A DNA stretch of 64,000 nucleotides, from positions 224,626,001 to 224,690,000 of the forward strand of contig NC_067399.1 of the NCBI RefSeq assembly GCF_016432865.1, read 5' to 3'. The translations under genes and the position numbers were made by a program. Origin of the DNA: Antechinus flavipes. Taxonomy: Eukaryota. The first letter of the stretch is position 1. Each line of letters opens with the position of its first letter. Below, in pieces: positions 12,526 through 34,100 of this stretch. Below the pieces are notes generated by a model. It saw nothing but the letters and a program-made list of their open reading frames with translations. It ran no database searches and was not told the origin of the DNA.

Positions 12526-12526
<1 letters not shown>

Positions 12527-12970
12527 CAGAATATCAAAGTTGCTGGTGCTTCCCTAGAGCTCCTGTCTCAGCCCATCACTGCTCACTCCTTTCCTGGTTC
12601 TAACCATGGTGGCAGTCTTTATTTGGCTCCTGGAGAACACAGTCACTAATAGTGACTACCATCCTGAAACTCAAATGTCATCCCAGAAAAAGCAGGTAGC
12701 TGCTGGGTCTGGTCACAGAGCCCATTGACTGGTGCTGAATGAGCAAGAAACTGAATAGTGTTTGTCTGATGATGCTTGCCCACATGTCTAGTCCAGGTGA
12801 ATCAATACAGTACATGGGCGAGGGGCTTTGGGGAAAGGATGAGTGGGCAAATGGCCCTAAGTAACCCAGGGATGCACACATCTGTGACCTCTTTATAATA
12901 TAAGTCTGAGAGAGTCTGAGCTAAGCTAGCTCCAGACCAACCTGTGAAATGGAAAATTCTCTATGGTGCC

Positions 12971-12976
12971 AATAAA
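12971..12976 (+). terminator. Candidate CGREF1 poly(A) signal AATAAA (a second one at 13271-13276)
   Basis: First AATAAA I found after the stop at 12434. Confidence 0.55.
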
Positions 12977-14567
12977 TACCCTTCAATCCCTCTCCTCATT
13001 TAGTTGCACTTATGCTACCTCTAAGTGCCCACCATTCCTTTCTGGACCTATCTTCTCCTTTTCAAACCCCACCTGTCCTGCTTCAGTGCTCCCAGGATTC
13101 TGCTCTGCTCTTTTAAATGTATTCCTCTTCCCAAGTAATCCTTCTAATGATACCCCAAGCGTCTAGAGCTCTTAATAATGTATAAAAAGTGCTTTGCTCA
13201 CAACATCTTTGCAGAGTGGAGAATATTGGCTCACTTAAGATTGCTAAAGTTTTAAAGTCTTGTTTTACAGAATAAATTGCAACTCAGTGAGCATAAGAGA
13301 TTTGGCCAAGATCATTCAGTTACTTAGTGGGTGTAAGAGAAAGAGTTTAAATATGAACTCAACGCATACTTAAGGGCTGCTTTTAACAGAAGGAAAAGAT
13401 TCCAAAAATGGGGCTTGAGGCAGGCCAGTCAGTGAGGAAAATATGTGAGAACAGAGAAGTTTGGACTCCCTAAACTTCAAGCCTGTATGGGGAGCCGTCT
13501 ATACAACTTAATTGTAGAAACAACTGCATCAAGGCCAGTCTGAGATAAGCTGACCGAACCAGCCCAGGCTCCTCAGAGTCCTTGAGGTCAGGGATGACCT
13601 GGACTTATCTAAAGGTGTTAGGAGTTGATGAGGCCTCTCTCACAAAGAAGCTTTTTCCCCATGGAGAAGTAAAAGGCAACTGGTCTCTGCTAAGCTCCAT
13701 TCAGGAAATCATCATCTGAGTTCCAAGGGGCTCTGAGGCAACCTGACAGATGTTTATGCATTTTTGGGGGGGGGGCAAGCATCTGGATCTTGAAGGGAAG
13801 AAGGGGCCAAGGTCAAGCTATTTTTCATCATGCAGGCATGTCACCTGAGCCAAACAGTGGATAAAGTTCTGGAGCAAGGAAAACCCAAGTTCAATATATC
13901 ACCTCAAAGGTGTGTGGCAGGTGACTTAACCTGTCAGTCTCAGTTTTCTTACTGGTAAGAAAGATAATAGTAGCACCCACCTCCCAAAGTTGTTGTGAAG
14001 TTCAAGTACTCTGCAGACTTAAAATGTTCCCCACACTTGGGGAACTTGAGATTTTGTGGCAGCCCCTCCTACTTGGAGGACAGCTTTCAAGAGGAACAGT
14101 GACCTCTCTGCTGATGAGCCTCCAAAGGCATCCAGGCCAGACATTGGACAGCACAGTGACTGAGCCTCTCCCTCCTTGAAATTTGTTCATGTTGGTGAGA
14201 ATAGGAGCTTGTGCTCCCCCAATTCTGCCTTTGGGGCTCTCTGGCCCCTTCTAGGTCACAAGGACATATTTCTCTTAGTGAAGGAAAGTGCTAGATAAAT
14301 GCAAATTGTTTTTTTTCCCCTACTAGAGTTTCAGATGTCAGGCAAAAAAGAATGTGCCCTAGCATCTTTCATGAGCCCATAACATAGATCATATGCCAAG
14401 GGGTTTCTCCTGTAGGTGGGCTCTGGCCTGGGGCAGGGGAAGGTAGTCTTGCCAGGATGAATCTGAGTATATCATATACAATACTTGCAATGTCTCTAGA
14501 ACCTCCAGTATTAGCCAAGTTTAATTCCTGCAGTACACTGAAAGTAAGATACTGGATTGATAGAATG

Positions 14568-14573
14568 TTTATT
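14568..14573 (-). terminator. Candidate KHK poly(A) signal AATAAA
   Basis: tttatt on + about 185 nt past the KHK stop. Confidence 0.6.
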
Positions 14574-14758
14574 TGGTTTAAAGAGGGAGATAGCTGAGAA
14601 CCGAGATGTGGTGGGGCTAAAGAGCTCCAGCCTTGGCTGTATCTGCTCTGTTAGATGGATGGCCGTGACACCAAAGCAAGCAGAGACATGCAGCAATGCC
14701 CTGGCTCCCTTAGTCCCCTAGAGCCGGCTGAGGCTGTGCCCTCTGATGTCTGATGCCT

Positions 14759-24818
<10,060 letters not shown>

Positions 24819-25465
24819 GAGTTCGGCTACGCTCTTGCCTCCAGCAGCATGCGCAGCCTCTTATCCCGGGGTTTTCCCGACTCCGCCCCCCAAGGAGCTC
24901 CTTCCTCCAACCCCTCCCCCTTCCTCCTGAGGCACCTCCCCCTCCAATCTCTCTGGTCTCAGCCCGGCTCTCGGAAGCCCCCGGCTTTGGCCGGTTCTCC
25001 CTCCGAGGTGGGGAAAAGCCGAGGCGAATGCCCTCGGGTCAAGTGCTAAGTCTGCATACCGCTCCAGCGTGTAAGTCCCTGCGGCGTATAAGTCCCTACG
25101 GCTAAGTCCTGACCCGCGCCCTCTTGGCCTTCCTCCAATCACAGCAGGGCACTCACCCCACGTGAGAAAACAAACACCCGCTTCCGCAGCCCACGTGATA
25201 GAGAACGGTCCCTTCCACTAGACCGAGCGCGCCCCCTGGCGAGCATCTTCGACATCGCCGACAGCCCTGGGGAGCTTTTCTCCCATAGCCGGACACCGAG
25301 ACCTCTGCTAGGATCAGGACCCCGGACAGCAAGCGTCCTGGTGGCCTGACCCCGCTATCCCCGAGCTCCCTCTGCATCCCACAGCTACGGACAACGCCCT
25401 CCCTTCTGCCCCTCCCTCCACTGACCCTCCGCCTCGTCTCGCACGTGAGTCAGGACTGGACTGAT

Positions 25466-25494
25466 TTTATTAAAAAAAAAAAAACCACTTTATT
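25466..25494 (-). terminator. Tandem EMILIN1 poly(A) signals (AATAAA at 25489-25494 and 25466-25471)
   Basis: Two tttatt on + about 430-460 nt past the EMILIN1 stop, separated by a T-run on minus. Confidence 0.7.
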
Positions 25495-25926
25495 CCTGAA
25501 TAGTTTAGTACTGTGAGGAAGGGATAAGAGAGGGTAGGGTTGTGGGGATGGGAGCCGGACTTCGGCTGCCTCTGGGGGGTGGGGGAGTGGGGGGAGGAGG
25601 GCCCTGCCCAGCCCTGAGCCTCACACATGGAGTGGGTGCTCGGCTCTGCCTAAGGGCAGAGGCCCTCGATTCCTGGAGAAGCAGGGGTATGGTCCAAAAG
25701 GTCACGGACGCCTGAGGCTGTGCTGGCCAGTCAGTCTGGGAGATGTTTCTACCGTGTGGACGGATGGCCGAGAGCCTAGTAAACGCAGGCGCAGAGGGTG
25801 GGGTAATAGGCGGGAGCAGAGCCTCCCGCCCCCCTGAGGCAGCCCCCCTGCAGCGGCCCGCCCTCTCCCGTCCACACCGTCCTTCCCCCAGCGGCCGGGC
25901 CGAGGCTAAGCCAGCTTGGGGTGTCC

Positions 25927-28129
25927 TTAGTCGGTCTCAGAGTCCTGGTCCTCGTAAAGTAGGGCTCCGCTGAAGAGCGTCAGCGGCTCCTCCGAGTGCG
26001 CCAGCTGCCCCCGCACCAGATCTATGCAGACCGTGTCTCCAGCCTGCAGAGGCAGGATCAGGCTGAAGACCCCCAAGGCGCCGGGGCTGGGCTGACTCTC
26101 CACCACGGGCTTGTTCTCGAGCCCCTCGGGCTCATAGCCGCCCGAGTCGATGCGGGCTATGCCCTGATTGGAGCGGGACAGTACGGCCTCCACCTTTTCG
26201 TGACGGTGCCCGGTGAGCACGGCGCTCAGCAGATAGCGACCGGCCTGGGGCGCGGTGAATATGCCTGGTCAGAGGGGCAGGGAGAGAAGGACGGGTCAGC
26301 AAAGGGGCACAAATGGGACACGAAACAGCACCTTAGGGAAACGGCTGAGTTCAGGACTTTAGGGCAAACATGGGGTCAATATTTTGCTTGGGTTCCCGGT
26401 ACTGCCACAACCGACTGAAATTAGCAAACACCTCTTCCCTAGTCAAGTATTCCCTCATCTTTTCTCCCATCCTCCTCATACCGGTCTCTGGGTCATAGCA
26501 GCCTCCATCGTTGAGTAAGACCTTGTCAAAGGCAACTGTGCCTGGTTCTGTACGCGGGGAGCTCAGGGCGGCAGAGAAAGATATTCGAGGTGTAGGAACT
26601 GCTGCTGCTCCTTCCAAACCTGGGGAAGGGAATGAGCAAAGTGGGCATTAGGGCTAAGGTACCGATTTCATATCCATATCACTCTTTTCTGCTCTGCCAG
26701 TTCCATTTTGCACCCTTCTACTCCATTAAATGCTGATTTTCTTTTCACCCCTCCCACGGGATTTGTTCCCTCTTGAATGAAGACTCCTGCACAGAGAAGA
26801 AGCTGCTTCCAAAAAGAATACATACCCTGTTCACCTGGGAGACCTGTAGGAGAAAGAAATAGACATACCAGTTAGGGACAGCACAATATAAGTTCATTTA
26901 TTCAGTAGGGCAAAACACCTACTAATTTAAAACTCCTAGTCTTCTTTTAATTCTTGAAGAATCCTCTTGGCTCCAGCAACCTTAGTCATACTTAAGACTT
27001 CCAAGGGTCTGTGATTTTTTTCAGTGTGGGTGCTCCCTCTACTAACCCAGGCTGCAACCTCTTTATGACTCATAAAATGTCCTCTCCTAGAAGAAATGAT
27101 ATGCTTTTATTTTTGTCTTTGTCTCTTTTTTAACTTAAATAGTTCAAAGAGCTTAATAAATGCCTATGGATTGGATAATATTGTAGATGGTATTCAAGAG
27201 TATAAGTAATTGACAATTTGCCCAACACAATGAAGAGCCTTTTGGCTGATTCTTGAACAACAAATATAGGAAATCCTGCACCAAAACAATCAAAATTGTC
27301 CTCGAATTCAGAGTTTTTTAGAGCTTTGTTCTACTGGTAAGAGTTTTCAAGAATTTGGGGTCCTTGTCTCACACAGTACTATGAGATATCAGGAAAGGTT
27401 GTCATTTATATAAAAATAACATGAATTTACTTGTTACTAAATTGGCTCAAAGAATGTCCAAATTGAACAGAGATCACAAGTATAGAGCTGGAAGGGATTA
27501 AATCTAACTGCCCTATTTAGAGAAAATAACAGGGATATCAGGTGAAGGAAGAAGACAAGACTTAGTGGGGGACAAGATAGCTTTCTTCAAGTGTCTGAAG
27601 AATTATTTGGAACCGGAATTAAGCTTGTTCTGTTTAAATCCAGAGAGCAAAACCAGAAACAATGGGTACAAGTAGCCAGAAGGCAAACTTAGGCTGATAC
27701 CAGGAAAAAAACCCAAAACTTTCTAATGATGAGAGATGTTTCCTTTTCCAGTGGAAATCTTCAAGCAGAGATTGGATGACATCTTTTGGGTAAATTATAG
27801 TAGTGATTCCTTTTGTGTCTAGGTTGGACTAGATGGCTGCTGAGATCCTTTCCAAATTTCAAAGCTGGTGATTCTGTGAAGCTCAAAGAAATTAAGTCAC
27901 TTGTTCAGTATCACACAGCTAAGTAGCAGAGTGGAGATATGAACCCGTCATATAAGTCCCAATGTAGTGGTCTTTCAGTGACATTGTAATGTATCTTATG
28001 GAAATGTCAGGGCACATACATGAAGCCTGAATCCCTTCAACAGCATCCTGACAAATGGAACATTCAACCCATTTTGATGTCCAAAAAACTCTAATCAACA
28101 AATCTTTATTAAGCTCACCTGTTAAAATG

Positions 28130-28168
<39 letters not shown>

Positions 28169-31100
28169 CAAAGGAGGTACCCATGTGATTCATGCAGAAT
28201 AGAAAGGACCCAACTGCCATTTTTCACTTTGGGAAATCTAATTAGACATTTTTCCTCTTATTGAGCCCAAATCTATTTCCTGTGATTTCCACCCATTCTT
28301 CTTAGTTTTGTCTTTTGGAGCCAAATGTTTGAATGCACAGAAATTGCCACTGGAGTTCTCTTTTCTGTTATATAGCAATAAACTAGAAAAATTATAGCTT
28401 GGCAGGTATTGAGGTCAAATCAGTTTTGAATGAATTTCACACACCTGGTGGTCCGATGGGTCCTTCTTTGCCATCTTTGCCAGGTGGTCCAGGAGGTCCC
28501 ACAGGACCTGGAGGGCCCTGCTTTCCAGCAGGGCCTGGTGGCCCAATCTCCCCTGCTGGCCCTGTAAGAATGAAGCTAATGTGAAGTGCAACAGTGGGAG
28601 GAGTTGTAAAAGGCAAAAGGCGGTGAGAGCTAGAAAGACAAGAGCTGAGAAGTGGCACCTAAGGGGGAAGACCAAACAGGCATAGCCTCTGCAGACTGAG
28701 GAATATATTAGGAAATGGGTGAGAAGTGTGTGATGGGGATCTCTACCTGAATTAACAACGTTCAACCTACATACCAATCTAGTCCACAGACTAAAAATGG
28801 CATGAGCCAATTTTCACTGGCATATGGATTGGCTGTTTGACTGCCTGTCTTACAACTATGATTCTACTTTATCACTAGATCAGATATAAGACATGGTTTG
28901 AGGTTATTACCTTCTCCTCCAAACCCCATTCTCCAAATCTCTGCTTGTATCCTTGATTCCATTCCATCTAGTCACTTCTCAGTCCATTTTATTATCCTTA
29001 TTGCTATAATCTTCAATCTTGGTTTATCAACTCCTTAGTTGATGACCACAAACATGTCCAGATTTCCTTCATGTTTAAAAAACCTTTGCCATACTTTCAT
29101 GGTATTCTACTCTATCTTGTCTCCCTTATATGGCTAAATTCCTAAAGAAAAACATCTTAATCCCTTCACTTTCTCTTTCACTCTTCACTACCTTCTGATT
29201 TTGGTTATCTTCCCTGTCCCTCCATCTATATTTGCATGAAATATACTTGCTCCAAGATTGCCATTGATTTCTGAATTGCTAATCCTGGTAGGTTCTACTC
29301 AGTTGTCATCTATCTCCACTTCTCTATAGTATTTTACACTGAACATCTCTCTTTTCTTGGATCCGCTCTCCTTTCTGGGTTTTTATGATGTTATTCTTTC
29401 CTAGTTCTCTTGACTGATCACTCCTTTTTAATCTTCTTTTCTGGAGCTTAATCTACATCCCTTTTCTTTTGCATGGGGTATATATATACCAGAAGATTCA
29501 GTGGTAGACCCTTTTTTCTTCTGTCTCTGCTCTCTCTTGGTGATTGCACCAGGTCCCAAGGATTCCATGATCTTTTCTGTGTTGATGACTTCAAAATTTA
29601 AGTATCTGACCTTCAATCTCTTTCCTGAATGCCAATTCCAAATCAACTTCCTGCTGGACACATTCAACTACATGTCCTGTAGATGTCTCAAACTCAACAT
29701 GTCCAAAGTGAAACTATTTCCTCATGAGTTCATTACTTTTCCAAAAATCTTATGTTTTTATGGAGGGTACCACCATCCTTCCAGTCACCCAGTTTTTCAA
29801 CCTCAAGGCCATACTTGTCTCTACTTTCTCTTACCTGCCATATTTAATCAGTTGCCAAATTTTATCAATTCCACCACCACAATCTCTCTCATTTCTGCCC
29901 CCTTTTCTCATCTTCACGCAGGCACATAGTTCCAATCCACCACCTCTCTCTCAATAGTAGCCCAATAAATCTCCGAAATTGATTTTTTCGATTGTGTCCA
30001 GATGTCTCTAGGACAATTTTTATTATCTCTAGAACAAAATACATACTCTTCTGTTTGGCATTCAAAGCCCAACAATTGACTCCTTATCTCTTTGGCTGCT
30101 TTCACCTTGCTGTTCTTCCCACTTTAAGATCCAGATAAATTGGCCTCCTTGCTCTTTATTGTAGATGATGTTTTCTCTCTTCCCTCCAAAGCTGTCCACA
30201 TACTTCTTTGTAATGCAGCTTCCCCTCAACTTCACCTCTTAGAAACCTTCTCTTCTATGTGAGACCTTTCTTGATCCCCTAAAAATTACTTTTTTTTTTT
30301 TTTTTTTTGGTATTTGCTTATTTGTGTACATGTCTTTTTTTTTTCTCCCACTAGAAGGTAAATCCCTTGGGGAAAGGGAATTTTTTTTTGTTAAGGAGGC
30401 ACAATAAATAATGGTCAGATCAAATTGAATGACCAAAGAATAGAGGCCGACACCCTAGCACAGTGCTTCTGAAAGGTGGCAGCTAGAGGTGTTGGTGGGA
30501 TAGAGGAGATGAGGTAGCTACCAGAGACTTCAGGCAAAGGAGACCTCCCAACAGTCACATCCTCCCCACCTCCACCCTTTCCCTCTCCCAAAGGGTTCTT
30601 ACCAGAGAGGTCATTTTGGCTGAGCTGTTGCAGCTGTTCTTCCAGGAGAAGCAGAGAACTGTTGAGGGCTCCTAACCTTCGGCCCAAGCCAGCTTGGCCA
30701 CCCAGCAGTTTCTCCAGCAGGGCAGCTTGGTTTTGGCTAGTGCTGTTGGTTTCTCGTAAGCCAGCCCAGAGTCCAGCCACATGATTTGAAAGCCCCTCTC
30801 GAAGCCCTCGAAGTCCTCCAGCCACTGTGTCTAGTCGCTCACATATGCCTTCAATCCGAGTCAGGCGTCCCTCGAGGTTTGGGCACTGTCCGACTTGGGT
30901 TTGCCCTTCTTCTAGAATGCGCAGCCGTTCTTCACTCTCTGTGGCATGCTCTGTGGCCTCCTGTTGCAGTCGATTGATCTCAGAGATGATTCTATCCTTG
31001 GTGACCCCCAGGTCAGCCAGGTCTGCCCCCTGGCCCTCCACTGCTGTCTGTAACTCCCTCACTGAATCATTGAGGGAACTGAAGGTAAGGATAACCTCGG

Positions 31101-34100
31101 AGAGTTCTCCTTGCATTGCCCGAAGGGCTGCACCAGAACTGCCCCCGAAAACACTAAACCCATCCAGTGGGCCCCGCCCAGGCCCCCCCACTCCTGCACT
31201 GCTCCCAGGGTCTCCTGGGGGCAATAAAGGGCAGGAACAGTGCTCTACTCCTTCTCTTAACCGGTTTAACTCTTCCTGGAGTTCATTGCAACCCAGGCAA
31301 TTCCTTCCCCTAGCCTGCTGCATCCTCTCCTCCAACTGGGTTACTCTCCCAGTTGTTTGGTTCAACTGAAGTAGAAAGTCCCCAGGCCCTTCACCTTGCA
31401 TACCCAGGTGATCCTTCATCCTCCCCAGTTCCCCTTCCAGTCCATCTAGAGCTGCCTGTAAAGCCTCTCCAGCCACTCCCATCTTGTGTAAACTGGAACC
31501 TACCAGCCTCAGTTGACCCTCATTGTCCAAGATCCTCCGCTCCAAGTCACTGAGGATGGCACTGATTTGTGAATCTTGGGTCCCTGGGTAAACTGTGCAG
31601 AGCTGCCCACAGGCCTGCACTGCCCCTTCTACCCGCTCCTCTAGTACATGGAGCCGGGAGTCTAGTTCTTGGCTCAAATTGGTCAGTCTTTGTTCTAGCC
31701 TAGTGAGCTGTCCCTTGGCCCCCTGAAGCCAGTGGCCCACGCCTCCTAGGACATTGTGGCCACCTTCCATCCTTTCAGTTGGGCCTAAGGTAGAATTGAA
31801 CTGATTTTCCAGCCATGAGAGACGAGTGGCCAAACTGGTATAGCCAGGGGGGTGGCCTCCCTGCCCAGCTGCACCCTCGAGCTCTCCCCCTCTCCGACCA
31901 CTCAGCACATGCACAGAACCAGCCACCACGTCCAGCTGACGCTCCACATCCCCCAGCCTCTGGCCAAGCTCAGGAGCACAGCAGCCCGGAGGAAGCTCCC
32001 AGCCCCCTGCCAGCCGCTGGTGCAGCTCTTCCCTAGCTTCCCTCTGTTGTTGCTCTACAGAACTAAGGAGTTTCTCCAACTCATGGAGGCGTTCCTGGTC
32101 CTCCTGGTATTGCCGGCGGAAGTCATCCAGTCCATCCATGCAACTGGAGCAGGATTCCTGCAGCCTCTGCTCCATCTCCTGAAAAAGCTTCTCTGCTGGT
32201 GATGGGTTGACCAGGTCAGGGCCCAGAGCTCCACCTCTGTTGTGGGACAAACCCAATTCCCTATCATGGGTGGAGATGCGATTATCTAAAAGCTGCAGCC
32301 GGCGCTGAATCTCATTAAGGGTCTCTTGCACCCCAGGTTGGACAGCTGCATCAGCAGGTGGGCGTCTTCCATTAAATGCCTTCTCTACAGCCTTTTGGAT
32401 ATCCTCAGTTAGGCGTCCACTCAGGCCCTGCAGGGTGCTCTGGAGTCCTTGCAGCTCCTTTGACATGCTTTGTACTTTCTCCTCCAGTTGCTTTAATTTC
32501 TCAGAGTCCCCAGGACCTAGGAAAGAGGTTAAAGCAGCATTTGTAACTAAACCATCTGGAAAATGAAAATTAGTGATTGTTTTAGGTTCTGCTTTTTTCC
32601 AGATAAATATAGATATCTCATCAAAGTAGCTAGGTGGCCTAGTGAATAGAGCCTTGGGCTTAAGAAGTCAGCAAGACCTGAGTTCAAATCCAGTCTCAGA
32701 AACTACCTGCATGATCCTGGCCTAATCCACCAGAGGAGGGAGATAAGAAACCACTCCAACATCTTTACCAAGAAAACCCCATATAGGGTAATGAAAAGTT
32801 GGGCATGATTGAACATCTTTTTCTCCCCATCTTCCAGAAATAGAAAAATAAAGACAAGCATTTCGTGGAAAACTTAACAATTTGTGTTCATTAGGTAGGA
32901 TGTACATCAGAAAGTTGGTACTCAATAGTAATTATTATTAAGAGAAAAGAAAATAAAGCTGAGGAGACCATCATGCATATGGAGAGATATTTGAAATATA
33001 GACATATTACCTCATGGGACCTGAGGTCTCCAAAGACCACCTTGTACCTTGTAGTCTGTCAGATGCATAAAAGAACTTAAGAATTTCCAGCTCACTAGCG
33101 TTGGGAAGTTATCATATCTTTCCATGGACTCTTTGTAGGAGAGCCATTCTCATTTTAAGGGTTAGCTATGTCAGAACCCTGGTTAAGTGCTTATTCCTTA
33201 GCAAGAGTGGCCAACGAGAACATTCATCTGCTGGATTGCCCCCTAAAGGGCATTGGCTTTCCCTCCCTAGCTAGCACACACAGTGCTCACAAAGATGTAC
33301 AGCTGTTTCCTTTGGGGATTGGAGGGTGGGGTAGATGGTCTTTTGGGAAGCTCATTGACCATCAGGCTTATTTTACTCTTTTTTTTTTCCCAGGAGTCAT
33401 GACCCTGCCTCAAGTTACCTGGCCCCACATTATCCAGACAGGGTTATTCCATCTCTTTTCCCTTCTTATTCCTGGTACCCACCTTCTCCTCCAAGCCCAC
33501 TCAGGTAACTGCCAGCACTGGACCCCGAGAGATTGGGACGGGCTAGATGAGGCCGAGGATGGGGAGTCGTGGTGCCCAGGGCTGGGGTTGGCCCCTCGCT
33601 ACAGTCCTCGCCCCCAAAACCGTGGCAGCAGCGCCATTCCATGTCCGTTACTGTTTTATAGGCTACTCTGTATCGAGGGCGGAGGAAGCTGCGGTACCTA
33701 AGGGAGAGAGAAATTGGGACAGACGGAAACACCGTCCGGGACCATTAGTCATCTGTGCATGTGAGTGCCTGCTTTTCTGATTCAGCTTTATACGTCTTCT
33801 GTATGGAGGAGCCCCTGGCACAGAATTTGGCTCAGTGACATTTGCTGTTGATTGCTTCTTATTTTCTTAAATCACCAGGCTTGTGGGGAGATTTGGCACA
33901 GACCCCGGTTAGTCCAAGCCACCTGCGAGAGCGGGGCCTATGAGCCTTACTCGCCCTCCCCGGGTATCCCCCCAGGCCCTGGTTCAGGCCCAGATCTAGT
34001 CTCACAAAACAGAAAGCAGCACAAGGGGGCAGCAAGATGTCCCTGAGTGCTTCTCTGCTCAGTCTCTCCAGCCTCTATTTCCAGCTCACCATTGACTCTC

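Noticed and set aside
29124-29133. Perfect CArG box CCTTATATGG in EMILIN1 intron 4 (also CCATATTAGG at 59531-59540)
   Set aside because: Several CC(A/T)6GG matches are expected by chance in 64 kb at this composition; the first lies in an L2 fossil and neither has supporting context.
30415-30602. EMILIN1 exon-4 ORF running past its donor ([12 protein letters not shown]...)
   Set aside because: Strong donor G|GTAAG at 30603/30602. The extension runs into an L2-like remnant and I found no minus-strand AATAAA after it, unlike the AGBL5 case.
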